Origin: Bdellovibrionota bacterium | Lineage (GTDB): Bacteria > Bdellovibrionota_C > UBA2361 > OMII01 | Direction of reading: 5' to 3' | DNA: 31,916 bases | NCBI GenBank assembly: GCA_044345405.1 | Contig: JBIJBE010000039.1 | Location: 1 to 31,916, forward strand | Part shown: positions 8,842 to 17,837 of the stretch, piece by piece | Layout of the letters: each line of letters starts with the position of its first letter | Position numbering within the stretch: position 1 is the first letter of the stretch | Made by a program: the position numbers and the translations under genes | The notes under the pieces: model-generated | Told to the model about the DNA's origin: nothing | The model's input: the letters and a program-made list of their open reading frames with translations, nothing else | Databases searched by the model: none

Positions 8842-9258
8842 TTGATTTCAATGGATACTGAGTCGGTAGCTCCTAAAGAGTCCAAGCGCCCGAATCCCGT
8901 CTTTGAGGATGGTTGGTATCTCCTTCGCGAAAATTTTTTTCTATCAAACCGTACTTATCGAGCTGGAGCCCTTGTGGAACATCTTGGGGGAAAGTGGTTT
9001 CTCAAAGAGGGGCGGGAACGTAACAACCATCTTCCTCTCGCCCCGGAGATGGTGTGTCGACCCTTTTACCATGGGGTCTCGTTGTATGAGATCCACTGCA
9101 CCGGCCGGGGAGCGATATTCGCGCGACCTGTACTTTCTGAGGTCCCCTCCGAGGGGATCGACCCCTTGGTGGTTCACCTCTCTCTTCAGAAAGGAGAAGG
9201 TCGAGTGTGCGTCAAGTTTGGGCACTGCTTTCTTCCCCTTGAGCTGTTCAACTGGTAA
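8842..9258 (+). CDS. Unknown family A protein, copy 2 (start TTG 8842 or ATG 8851)
   Basis: AAAGGA RBS. Paralog of 7060..7464 with the same terminal Trp. Confidence 0.8.
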   Translation: MISMDTESVAPKESKRPNPVFEDGWYLLRENFFLSNRTYRAGALVEHLGGKWFLKEGRERNNHLPLAPEMVCRPFYHGVSLYEIHCTGRGAIFARPVLSEVPSEGIDPLVVHLSLQKGEGRVCVKFGHCFLPLELFNW

Positions 9259-9274
9259 CGCGCAAGAGATGGTT

Positions 9275-10303
9275 TTATCGAGGGGTAAACTTCAGCTCAA
9301 TTCTGCGATTTCGAGAGAGCGCTTCCTCAGTATTACCGGTATCGAGCGGTTGATACTCTCCGTAGCCGGTTGCCGAGAGGCGCTCAGGCGGAATGCCTTG
9401 CTCTACGAGAAATTTAACCACGGAGATCGCTCGCGCCGACGAGAGCTCCCAGTTTGAGCGGAACTGTGGCATGTTGATCGGACGTTTGTCGGTGTGTCCA
9501 ACGACGTTGAGGACCCACTTAATATCCTTTGGAATAGTCTTCGCGAGCTCCTTGAGCGTGTCCGCGAGTTTCGCCAGCTGCTCTTTTCCGCTCTCCTGAA
9601 GATCCGCTGAGGCGGTCAGGAAGAAGACTTCGGATTGGAACACGAACCGGTCGCCCACAACCTTGATGTCAGGTCGATTGCCGAGGGCTTTCTTAAGACG
9701 TCCGAAGAATTCGGATCGGTATTCGGAGAGTTCCTCGACCTTTTCCAACATCTTTCTCTTCAACTTAGTGTCGAGATCCTTGATCGTAATCTCCTTCTCG
9801 GAGATGGAGGTCTTGGCGGTCGCAAGATCGGCGGTCAGGAGAGCGAGCTTCTTATTGAGCTCCTCAATCTGGCGAACCATGTCTGAGAGCTGTACCTTGA
9901 GACCGGTAGTTTCCTGGAACGCCCGCTCCATCTCGCGTTTCGCGGAGTCCCGCTCGCCGACAAGTCCGCTGAGCTTACCTTCGCTCTCCATCAGTCGATT
10001 CCGAATACTGGCGGCCTCATCCTCGACCTGTTTGACCCTGGACTCAAGCTGACTCTTTTGCCCTTTGAGGCTCTCAGAGGTTGATTTCTCAAGATTGAGC
10101 GCTGCGTTCAGCTTTTCAAGTTGAAGCGCTAGCTCAGACATTTGAACTTCGCGGGTGTTAAGCGCGTTGGAGAGAGCGAACTGCGCCGCCATCATGATAA
10201 CGAGTACGAGCGCCACCATCATGAGCATGGTGGAGAGCGCGTCAACGTATCCTGGCCAGATATCCAAGTGTCGGCGCTTAGCTTTTCGTCCTACGTAGCT
10301 CAT
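9275..10303 (-). CDS. MotB/OmpA-family peptidoglycan-binding membrane protein with a long coiled coil
   Basis: WPGYVDALSTML TM helix with the conserved Asp, heptad-rich middle, and OmpA C-terminal motifs GHTD, NWELSSARA and NRRIE. Confidence 0.9.
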   Translation of the reverse strand: MSYVGRKAKRRHLDIWPGYVDALSTMLMMVALVLVIMMAAQFALSNALNTREVQMSELALQLEKLNAALNLEKSTSESLKGQKSQLESRVKQVEDEAASIRNRLMESEGKLSGLVGERDSAKREMERAFQETTGLKVQLSDMVRQIEELNKKLALLTADLATAKTSISEKEITIKDLDTKLKRKMLEKVEELSEYRSEFFGRLKKALGNRPDIKVVGDRFVFQSEVFFLTASADLQESGKEQLAKLADTLKELAKTIPKDIKWVLNVVGHTDKRPINMPQFRSNWELSSARAISVVKFLVEQGIPPERLSATGYGEYQPLDTGNTEEALSRNRRIELKFTPR

Positions 10304-10314
10304 AGTTCGCTCTC

Positions 10315-11445
10315 TTACGCGTTGCTCTTCGCTTCGTCTGAGGCGAGGATCTTAGCGATGATTTTGAGCTCCTCTCGGAGCTCGCTCGCCACGGTGTCGG
10401 CTGATCGAGATACCCGTTCGCTGATCTCCTTGAGGTTCAGGTCGATTCGTCGTGTGTGCTCCTCGATCGTTTCCTGATTTGTACTGCCAAGCTTATCGTT
10501 GAGACGGGAGAGGACAGGTGATACCTGCGCCTGTATCTCCGCGAGCTTCACGAGCACATGTTGCTGAGACTTAAGATGGTCATCAAGCGAAGATACACCC
10601 TCGGAGAGGGCGCGAACGGAGGCCCGCTCCGCTTCTCTCGATTGTTCCTGTTGGCGGAATATCTTTTGAAGTCGCTCGAGTTGATCCGAAAGGTTTTGGA
10701 TAAAGGCTTCCTGGTAGCGCGGTGGAGTCGTCGACGTGGCGATTGGTGAAAACTCGGCGACAGTCGCGTCTTGAGGTGTGGTCATCCAATCCTCAAGCTC
10801 CTCGCAGAATCGATTCTGTACCCTTCCCGTTGTGAGGTCATAGAACCCCAAGATGAGGGAGCTCGCGAGTCCGAATAGCGAGGCGCTGAAGGAGATGCCC
10901 ATTCCCACAAGCGGAGTTTGAAGCCCCTCTTTAAATTTGTCGAAGACCAACTTGAGGTCCCCATCTCCCACGTTGAGGCCACCGATAACGGAGCCGATAC
11001 CGCTCACCGTTTGAAGGAGTCCCCAAAAGGTTCCAAGAAGACCGAGAAGGATCAGCGTGTTCATGAGGTAGCGAGAGGTTTCCCGTCCCTCATCGAGGCG
11101 ACTGTAGACGCTGTCCAACATCGCCCGCATTGAGCTCATCGGAAGTTGATGGAGCTCGCCGGGCTTGCCGAGCGCTGGTGTGAGAGGCGCGAGAACGGCT
11201 GGAAGGGCGGCACGACTCTCTTTCTTCGTTCTGAAGTCGGAGAGCCATGCGATTGATGACTGCAGTCTGCCGATCTGGATGAACGCCACGGAGATGCCGA
11301 ACACCAGGATAGCGAGGATTACTGAGTTGAGGGCTGAGTTGGCGAAGAAGGCTTTGGAGAGCCCGGCGGAAAGAGCCACTCCGACCCCAGCAACGGCCAC
11401 CGTGAAGGTGATCATGAGAGCGAGCGCGATACGTGGTTGCTTCAT
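10315..11445 (-). CDS. MotA/TolQ/ExbB-family proton-channel subunit with a C-terminal coiled coil
   Basis: LLGLLGTFWGL and GMGISFSASLFGL TM motifs. Ends 11 nt upstream of the MotB-like gene. Confidence 0.85.
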   Translation of the reverse strand: MKQPRIALALMITFTVAVAGVGVALSAGLSKAFFANSALNSVILAILVFGISVAFIQIGRLQSSIAWLSDFRTKKESRAALPAVLAPLTPALGKPGELHQLPMSSMRAMLDSVYSRLDEGRETSRYLMNTLILLGLLGTFWGLLQTVSGIGSVIGGLNVGDGDLKLVFDKFKEGLQTPLVGMGISFSASLFGLASSLILGFYDLTTGRVQNRFCEELEDWMTTPQDATVAEFSPIATSTTPPRYQEAFIQNLSDQLERLQKIFRQQEQSREAERASVRALSEGVSSLDDHLKSQQHVLVKLAEIQAQVSPVLSRLNDKLGSTNQETIEEHTRRIDLNLKEISERVSRSADTVASELREELKIIAKILASDEAKSNA

Positions 11446-11605
11446 GGTGAATGAGTCTCCCAGAGATTAGGACGGTACAGGTCTCTGTCCGTGTCCTTTC
11501 ATTTGATGCCCTGGGGAGACGGGATAGTTCCCAAAATATGTTGAAAAACGCGGCCGAGATAATGGTTGAGAGGGATCGGGGTAGAACGGTGATTTGACCT
11601 CGCCG

Positions 11606-12085
11606 TTATACGATAAGAGCAAGCGCGATAAACCCCACCATCGAGAGCGCGATAGCGACCTTGGCGGCTGTTCCAAGGAGGAGTCCGACCCACGTTCCGA
11701 TCCCAACTTTCGTGGCGTGTCGCAGGGAGCTCTGCGCTACGATCTCACCGACAAAGGCACCCACAAATGGTCCGAGAATGATTCCGGGTATCGCGAAGAA
11801 GAGACCGAAGAGGGAGCCAAGCGTCGCTCCAACCACCGCTAGAGAGCTCGCTCCGACTCGCTTCGCTCCGATACTGGACGCGACAAAATCGACCGCCACA
11901 CCTAGCGCGGCGAGAACTCCAAGAAATATGAGGCTCGGTGTTCCGAGAATGGAGAAGTCATATCCCCACGCGAGGGCGAGGGCGCCAAGGAAGATAAGTG
12001 GGGTGCCGGGCAGAGCGGGAAAGACCGTTCCCATCACACCGATGACCACACAGATGAGAGCGAAGGCCCAGAGGAGGTACAACAT
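11606..12085 (-). CDS. DUF456 family membrane protein
   Basis: PALPGTPL, GAKRVGAS, GIILGPFVGAFVGE and GTWVG are typical DUF456/YqgC motifs. Confidence 0.85.
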   Translation of the reverse strand: MLYLLWAFALICVVIGVMGTVFPALPGTPLIFLGALALAWGYDFSILGTPSLIFLGVLAALGVAVDFVASSIGAKRVGASSLAVVGATLGSLFGLFFAIPGIILGPFVGAFVGEIVAQSSLRHATKVGIGTWVGLLLGTAAKVAIALSMVGFIALALIV

Positions 12086-12256
12086 AGTACCGCTTTGTTA
12101 CGCTACCTTGGGGGGAAGCGCAATGAGGGGGGTGTGGCGGGAGGTGTTGCGAGATGTACGACCGTTTAGCATGCGCGATTTGCCCCATCCCCACCACCAA
12201 CGGCACATTTTGCTGCCGCCGTATCCCCCAACCCATTGATTCTCCGCCCCATCCAC

Positions 12257-12273
12257 TTGGCAGCCCTTTTGCT
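12257..12273 (+). promoter_or_regulatory. Sigma54 (-24/-12) promoter of the fliK-flgD-flgE operon
   Basis: TTGGCAGCCCTTTTGCT has exact GG-N10-GC spacing and lies about 85 nt upstream of fliK. Confidence 0.7.
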
Positions 12274-12358
12274 TAGTAGTCCCTCCGTACAACCCGGTGG
12301 GTCGTTGCAGGACGCGATACTTGGCTTATGAAAAGCCGCCCCCACATCGAGGATAGAC

Positions 12359-14029
12359 ATGATCCGACGCCTGCACGAGATAGAGCCGCCCAAGCTCGCC
12401 TTGCCCTCTGAACAGAGCAACAAATCAGAGGATCCCACAGCCAAGGAGAGCTTAGCCTCTGAATTCAAGAAGCTTTTAGAGAGAGCCCGCGGAGGTATCA
12501 GCGGAGCGCGTGATGAGGTTACTGCTCTTGGCTTTGCGCTCTCTCAAGCCGTTTCGAGTGTTCAGCAACAACAGGCGCAGGTACAAGGCCCTGAAAACAA
12601 TCATGGCCCGGAATCATACGATGGTCACGGTGAGGTCGTTGAGGATGATGGCGTGGAGTGCTCCGGTCCTCATGATGTTGTCGTGATGAAGGACGTAACG
12701 CAGCGCAAGGAGACCGGACCGGTTGATGATGGCTCCGGTGATGAGGTGGGTGATGACGAGGACCTCGCGAGCCTTGACGATGGCGCTATTGATCTCGATC
12801 AAGGAGGAGAGGAGATCGCTCTTGAGGACGAGATAGTTTACGCCGACCTTGAGGATCTCGATCTCGATACAGAGGTGGATACGAATACGTGCGACCTCGC
12901 GGTTCAGGTAACCTCACAGCACGTTGGTGTCGCTCAAAGTCAAGCAGAGGTGGCTCAAGCCTCTGATATTGAGGTTCAAGGCGACGATGAAAGTGGTCTT
13001 CAACGGGTCGTTCTCTCGGGAGAGCAAGAGGTTGAGGAGGAGACCTGGTCTGATGACGTCGTGATGGATGATGTCATGGCCCGGGTTGGTCCATCTGAGC
13101 TCGCGCGACCGCAGATCTCTTCGAAGCGGTCTCCCTCAAATGGAGGAGAGCAGTATTCCACCGGAAATCAGGAGATAGATCAGTTCCTTTCACGATTCCA
13201 AACAGATGAGTCGGCCTCACATTCTCCGATGGAGTGGGATCTCCAGTCTCGAAATCTCGGTAGCGAGAGCCGTCCAGGTCTCGATCTCGAGAAGAGCGTC
13301 ATGGGTGCTCGGCGGGAGGTCTCGGAGTGGTTCGATACGGGACTGATGGCTGGCGCTTCTCCATCGAAGGAAAAAAACGGTGAGTTGTCTATGCAACTCT
13401 CCCTCCTTCGGCAGGCCTACGACAGTTTAAAGGCGCAGACCTCACCTTCGGTTGATTCGAAGTCCAAGGCGCAATCAGGGGGAATCTCAGGAGTGAGCGC
13501 GTCGGCGGAACCACGAGCCGCGCAGAACGACACCGCTCCCCGCGTCGCTAAGTACCTTAACAGGGCGACATCCCAGAAGATGATGGAACGTATCGAAACC
13601 GCGCTCAAAGAGGCCGCTCGCAGTCGAGATGGTAAGACCATCACCCTGCGATTGGATCCGATGCAATTGGGGCAGGTGAAGTGCGACGTGTCGATGCGTG
13701 ATGGGCTCCTGCACGCTCGAATAACTCCGCAAAATCCAGATGTTGTGCACGCGGTCCGCGAGCACGCTCATGAGCTCCAGACAGCGCTCCGTCGACTCGG
13801 ACTGAACGTGGACCGTGTGTCTGTGCAGGTCATGAGTGAGAAGGAACAGGGGAGCTTCGCTCAAAACCAAGGGTCCTTCGACGGCAAGAGTTTCCAGCAG
13901 GATGGGAACAACATGCCTGGTAAAGGGCGCCAAACCCCTGAAAACACATTTGGCAACGAATTTGCTGATGTACCGAGGAGTGGCGCTCCCGATGCAGGAA
14001 TTACCCCTGTCGACCACGTGATAGCGTAG
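12359..14029 (+). CDS. fliK: Flagellar hook-length control protein
   Basis: C-terminal ITLRLDPMQLGQV...ELQTALRRLGLNVDRVSV, long acidic disordered region, and position directly before flgD. Confidence 0.88.
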   Translation: MIRRLHEIEPPKLALPSEQSNKSEDPTAKESLASEFKKLLERARGGISGARDEVTALGFALSQAVSSVQQQQAQVQGPENNHGPESYDGHGEVVEDDGVECSGPHDVVVMKDVTQRKETGPVDDGSGDEVGDDEDLASLDDGAIDLDQGGEEIALEDEIVYADLEDLDLDTEVDTNTCDLAVQVTSQHVGVAQSQAEVAQASDIEVQGDDESGLQRVVLSGEQEVEEETWSDDVVMDDVMARVGPSELARPQISSKRSPSNGGEQYSTGNQEIDQFLSRFQTDESASHSPMEWDLQSRNLGSESRPGLDLEKSVMGARREVSEWFDTGLMAGASPSKEKNGELSMQLSLLRQAYDSLKAQTSPSVDSKSKAQSGGISGVSASAEPRAAQNDTAPRVAKYLNRATSQKMMERIETALKEAARSRDGKTITLRLDPMQLGQVKCDVSMRDGLLHARITPQNPDVVHAVREHAHELQTALRRLGLNVDRVSVQVMSEKEQGSFAQNQGSFDGKSFQQDGNNMPGKGRQTPENTFGNEFADVPRSGAPDAGITPVDHVIA

Positions 14030-14047
14030 TGAACGAGGTAAGGATAC

Positions 14048-14707
14048 ATGGCTGATTTAACAACGAGTACAATCTCAGGATATTCGCCAACGGCGACCGC
14101 TCAGACTAAGAGCGGGAAGAAGGGCGACGAGATGGGGCAGGTGGAGTTCATGAAGCTCCTCATCGCCCAACTCAAGAATCAAGATCCTGAAGCCCCAGTT
14201 GATAGTAAGGAGTTCGCTGTCCAACTCGCGCAGTTTACCCAAGTTGAGAAGCTTACCGCTATCGATCAGAAGTTGTCGGCCCAGAGTCAAAACAACATTA
14301 GCTCCATGGCTGGATATCTGGGGCAACAGGTGAAGTTAAATAGCACGGCGGTGCAGGTCAGTGGCGGCAGTGGTGGACAGCTGCAGATCGACCTCAATGC
14401 TGGAACGCCGCTCGTTAAGGTCGACCTTCTCGACGCGGGTGGCAAAGTAGTTGGAACGAGGACGTTTGAGAATCTCCCAGCAGGTAAGAACTACGTGACC
14501 TTGGATGGTCTCGGCGTCAAGGATGGTAGCTATGGCTTCGCGGTGTCGGCGACCCGTCCATCCGGTGCTGGATTTTACAAACCGTCAGCGGCGATCAGTG
14601 GATTAGTTACGGGATTTGTTCCTGGGCCGGATCCGAAGCTTGTAATCGGCAATCAGGAGTTCTCGGTAGGAGCGGTACAGGAAGTAACTCTGCCACCGAA
14701 GGTGTAG
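14048..14707 (+). CDS. flgD: Flagellar hook assembly (cap) protein
   Basis: FMKLLIAQLKNQDPEAP and FAVQLAQFTQVE. Confidence 0.95.
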   Translation: MADLTTSTISGYSPTATAQTKSGKKGDEMGQVEFMKLLIAQLKNQDPEAPVDSKEFAVQLAQFTQVEKLTAIDQKLSAQSQNNISSMAGYLGQQVKLNSTAVQVSGGSGGQLQIDLNAGTPLVKVDLLDAGGKVVGTRTFENLPAGKNYVTLDGLGVKDGSYGFAVSATRPSGAGFYKPSAAISGLVTGFVPGPDPKLVIGNQEFSVGAVQEVTLPPKV

Positions 14708-14850
14708 TCGGACAGAGCGGAACGAAACACGGACGTCGTTCTTAGAGCAGTGCCTTCAGGAAGAAGAATCGGTGGATGAAAACTGCTAGCTGTTCATGAG
14801 GCCATTCGGCGCTCAGATGTAACAGCTCATTTTTGGGAAGGACGGAACGC

Positions 14851-16143
14851 GTGGCAAGTATAATTAACGGACTCTTCGCAGGTCGCTCAGGTATCGCAAG
14901 TCACGGTATGGCTATCTCGGTAGCCGGTGATAACATTTCTAACGCGAACACCGTGGGCTTCAAGATGAGCCGAGCCTCATTCGAAGATATCATGGCGGGT
15001 GAGGGTATTCTCGGAAGACAGGTCGGTTCCGGTTCCCAAATCGGCGCGGTGCAGACGGTTTTTGAGCAAGGCACCCTAGAGTTCACAGGTCGTCCTCTTG
15101 ACCTTGGAATTTCAGGTAACGGATTCTTCATTTTGGCCAACGGGCTCGATCGTTCCTACACCCGAGCGGGAGACTTTAAGATCGACTCCGCTGGATTCAT
15201 TACCAACCAGAACGGTCTCGCTGTCCTCGGCTTCCCATCTGACGGATCCGGCGCGCTCGCGCCGATTAACGTCAACAATATTGAACAGGCAAGTATCGCC
15301 ACCAATGAGGTTAACATCGCGGGTAACGTGAACTCCGCTTCCTCGACCGTTGATATCGGAGCTGTTCCGGTGCCAGGTCCAGCTATTCCACCAGTGGTGA
15401 CCTACGCCGATATCAATGGATTCGCCGAATATTCGACCGTTATCGATGTGTTCGATTCCCTTGGAGAGAGCCATCCGGTGAGCTTAATGTTCTTCCATAC
15501 AGGAGCGAATGAGTTCACGGTGCGCGCCTACGTGAATAACGAGGACGTTGATCCTACCGCCTCCCTCACTGTTTCTGGCTATCCCCGTTTCATCGGCGAG
15601 AAGGTGCTCACGTTCGGTGGTAACGGACAACGAAACCCCGCATTTGTTGCCGGCACTCCGGACCTTACGATGACTATCGACTGGAACAACGGAGCGGACC
15701 AGAGTGTAACCGACCTTAACTTCAATCCGATGACGCAGTACGCGGCGGCATCAAACATCCTGTCAGTAAGCCAGGACGGAAAAGGTATCGGTTCGGTAAA
15801 CAGCATCAGCATCGGTCAGGACGGTCGAGTATCAGCGCTCCTGACTAACGGACAAACGAGCGTTATCGGAAGTATCGCGCTCGCGAATTTCTCGAACCCA
15901 GAGGGTCTCCTTCGTCTCGGTAAGAATGAGCTTGGAGTGTCTGTTGCCTCCGGTGACGCGATCTACGGTAAGCCAAGCACTGGAACGTTTGGGTCGATTA
16001 AAGCTGGTACTGTGGAGCTCTCCACCGTGGATATCGCCTCCGAGTTCGTTCGAATCATCACCCTGCAACGTGGATTCCAGGCTAGTACCCGTATTATTAC
16101 GACGATTAACCAGCTTCTGAACGACGTTATCCAGTTGGCGTAA
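14851..16143 (+). CDS. flgE: Flagellar hook protein
   Basis: DNISNANTVGFK, TGRPLDLGISGNGFF, YTRAGDF, DSLGESH, ELSTVDIASEF and QRGFQA. GTG start at 14851 follows AAGGA (ORF track start 14833). Confidence 0.95.
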   Translation: MASIINGLFAGRSGIASHGMAISVAGDNISNANTVGFKMSRASFEDIMAGEGILGRQVGSGSQIGAVQTVFEQGTLEFTGRPLDLGISGNGFFILANGLDRSYTRAGDFKIDSAGFITNQNGLAVLGFPSDGSGALAPINVNNIEQASIATNEVNIAGNVNSASSTVDIGAVPVPGPAIPPVVTYADINGFAEYSTVIDVFDSLGESHPVSLMFFHTGANEFTVRAYVNNEDVDPTASLTVSGYPRFIGEKVLTFGGNGQRNPAFVAGTPDLTMTIDWNNGADQSVTDLNFNPMTQYAAASNILSVSQDGKGIGSVNSISIGQDGRVSALLTNGQTSVIGSIALANFSNPEGLLRLGKNELGVSVASGDAIYGKPSTGTFGSIKAGTVELSTVDIASEFVRIITLQRGFQASTRIITTINQLLNDVIQLA

Positions 16144-16170
16144 TGGCCCCCTGAGCGGTACCATTAAGCT

Positions 16171-17142
16171 ATGAAGTTTACGAATGACGAGTTGGTGGCC
16201 CGAACCCTTGGTGGGGATTATCGGGCCATCGCTCGTTTCATCACAAAGATTGAGAATGGAGACCCCGGTATAACCACGCTCGCCGCCTCTCTGCGACGGT
16301 CGAGTGGTCGCGCTCATGTGGTCGGAGTTACCGGATCCCCAGGCGCTGGGAAATCGACCCTCGTGGACGCGATGGCGAAGTCGTATCGCGCGAGAGGCGC
16401 GAAGGTAGCGATCCTCGCGGTTGATCCCTCCAGTCCTTTCAGTGGCGGCGCGATCCTTGGTGACCGAATTCGGATGAACCAAGCCGCCGAGGACCCAACG
16501 ATATTTATTCGAAGCATGGCCACACGCGGCTCGCTCGGTGGGCTCGCGAAAGCCACCCTTGAGTCTGTGCACGTTCTTGATTGCGCCGGCTTTGATGTCG
16601 TGTTGGTCGAGACCGTTGGTGTTGGCCAAGCGGAGGTTGATATCGTTCGTACCGCTGATACGTGCGTCGTCGTGCTTGTACCCGGAATGGGGGATAGCGT
16701 TCAGATTATTAAAGCTGGACTCATGGAGATCGCGGATCTCTTTGTGGTGAACAAGGCCGATCGCGATGGCGCGCTCCTCCTTGAAAAGGATCTCTATACC
16801 CTGTTATCCCTTGAGGAGTTCTCCGCTGAGCAGTGGAAACCCAGGATAGTAAAAAGTGTCGCCACCTCGGGTGAGGGGGTAGGAGAGATCGTTGAGGGCA
16901 CCGTCGCTCACCTCGCGTGGTTGGAATCCTCCCCAGCCGGCTATTTCCGCCGTCTACGTATCGTGTCTCAAACCATCAGCACCCTCATCAGTGAACGGGT
17001 CGCTCGCGTGGTATTGGCGGGACAAGAAGATACGGTGCGCGAGCTTTCAAAGCGGTGCATCGCCCGGTCCCTTACGCCGATTGAGGCAGTTAACGAGTTT
17101 TTGGCGACCCATTCTGGTAGAATCAGGTTTGAAAAGGAGTAG
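16171..17142 (+). CDS. meaB: Methylmalonyl-CoA mutase-associated GTPase MeaB/ArgK
   Basis: GSPGAGKSTL, AVDPSSPFSGGAILGDRIRM, ETVGVGQ, KAGLMEIAD and NKAD. Confidence 0.95.
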   Translation: MKFTNDELVARTLGGDYRAIARFITKIENGDPGITTLAASLRRSSGRAHVVGVTGSPGAGKSTLVDAMAKSYRARGAKVAILAVDPSSPFSGGAILGDRIRMNQAAEDPTIFIRSMATRGSLGGLAKATLESVHVLDCAGFDVVLVETVGVGQAEVDIVRTADTCVVVLVPGMGDSVQIIKAGLMEIADLFVVNKADRDGALLLEKDLYTLLSLEEFSAEQWKPRIVKSVATSGEGVGEIVEGTVAHLAWLESSPAGYFRRLRIVSQTISTLISERVARVVLAGQEDTVRELSKRCIARSLTPIEAVNEFLATHSGRIRFEKE

Positions 17143-17175
17143 TTAAGTCTCCCCTCGATCCTTCCGATCCCATCG

Positions 17176-17778
17176 ATGATGGAAGAACTCTTATTCCACA
17201 AATCCTCAATCGTTTCTCTTAGCCTCGCCATGTGCGCGGTGCTCGCCACGGTCGGGTCGATGATACTTGCGCGCAGGATGCTCCGCATGTCGACCACCAG
17301 CTTCCGGCGCTTCTTAGAGCTACGCTTTCGACCAACCGCCCTGCGGTACACAGAGGAGTTTGAGTGTATCTTTGATGGATACCAAGAAAATGCCCGGGCG
17401 CTGGGGGAGTACGCGGTGGATTACTCTACCGTGTTTAATGAGGTTCATTGGTCCCGAGCGATGATGACCCTCGAGAACGTAGGGAGAGCGTATCGGGAGT
17501 TGTGCGAACTTCTAGAGCAGGGGGACTCCAAAGACGCCCTCTGTTTGGCTGAATTTCTGATAGCGGCTGGCGATGCACTTGCCCCGTGGAAGTATCGTCG
17601 AATCAGCGATGAGTGGGAGCTGTTGGCAACCTGGGAAGCAAAGGTTCACTCGACGATGTGCACCCTGATCAAAAATTTAGAGAGCGAGGTCCAGCGATCT
17701 CGTGGCCTCGGAACCTCACGCAGCGCCTCGGTAGATGAGACGATGAAGGTTCTGCGGAAGGTGAGGGAGAGATTGTAG
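17176..17778 (+). CDS. Hypothetical protein with an N-terminal TM helix
   Basis: 200-aa ORF filling the gap, with a hydrophobic stretch at about residues 11-32 followed by RR. Confidence 0.65.
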   Translation: MMEELLFHKSSIVSLSLAMCAVLATVGSMILARRMLRMSTTSFRRFLELRFRPTALRYTEEFECIFDGYQENARALGEYAVDYSTVFNEVHWSRAMMTLENVGRAYRELCELLEQGDSKDALCLAEFLIAAGDALAPWKYRRISDEWELLATWEAKVHSTMCTLIKNLESEVQRSRGLGTSRSASVDETMKVLRKVRERL

Positions 17779-17837
17779 GGGAGGGGGGAGAGAAGATCCT
17801 GAGACTGAAGATCCTCTTGCGAAATCTTCGCGATTAC

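Noticed and set aside
9275-11445. Complete Zorya defence system or canonical flagellar motAB
   Set aside because: No zorC/D/E helicase or nuclease is adjacent, and the TM motifs and coiled coils differ from flagellar stators.
12200-12218. Second sigma54-like site CGGCACATTTTGC
   Set aside because: The GG-to-GC spacing is not 10 nt.
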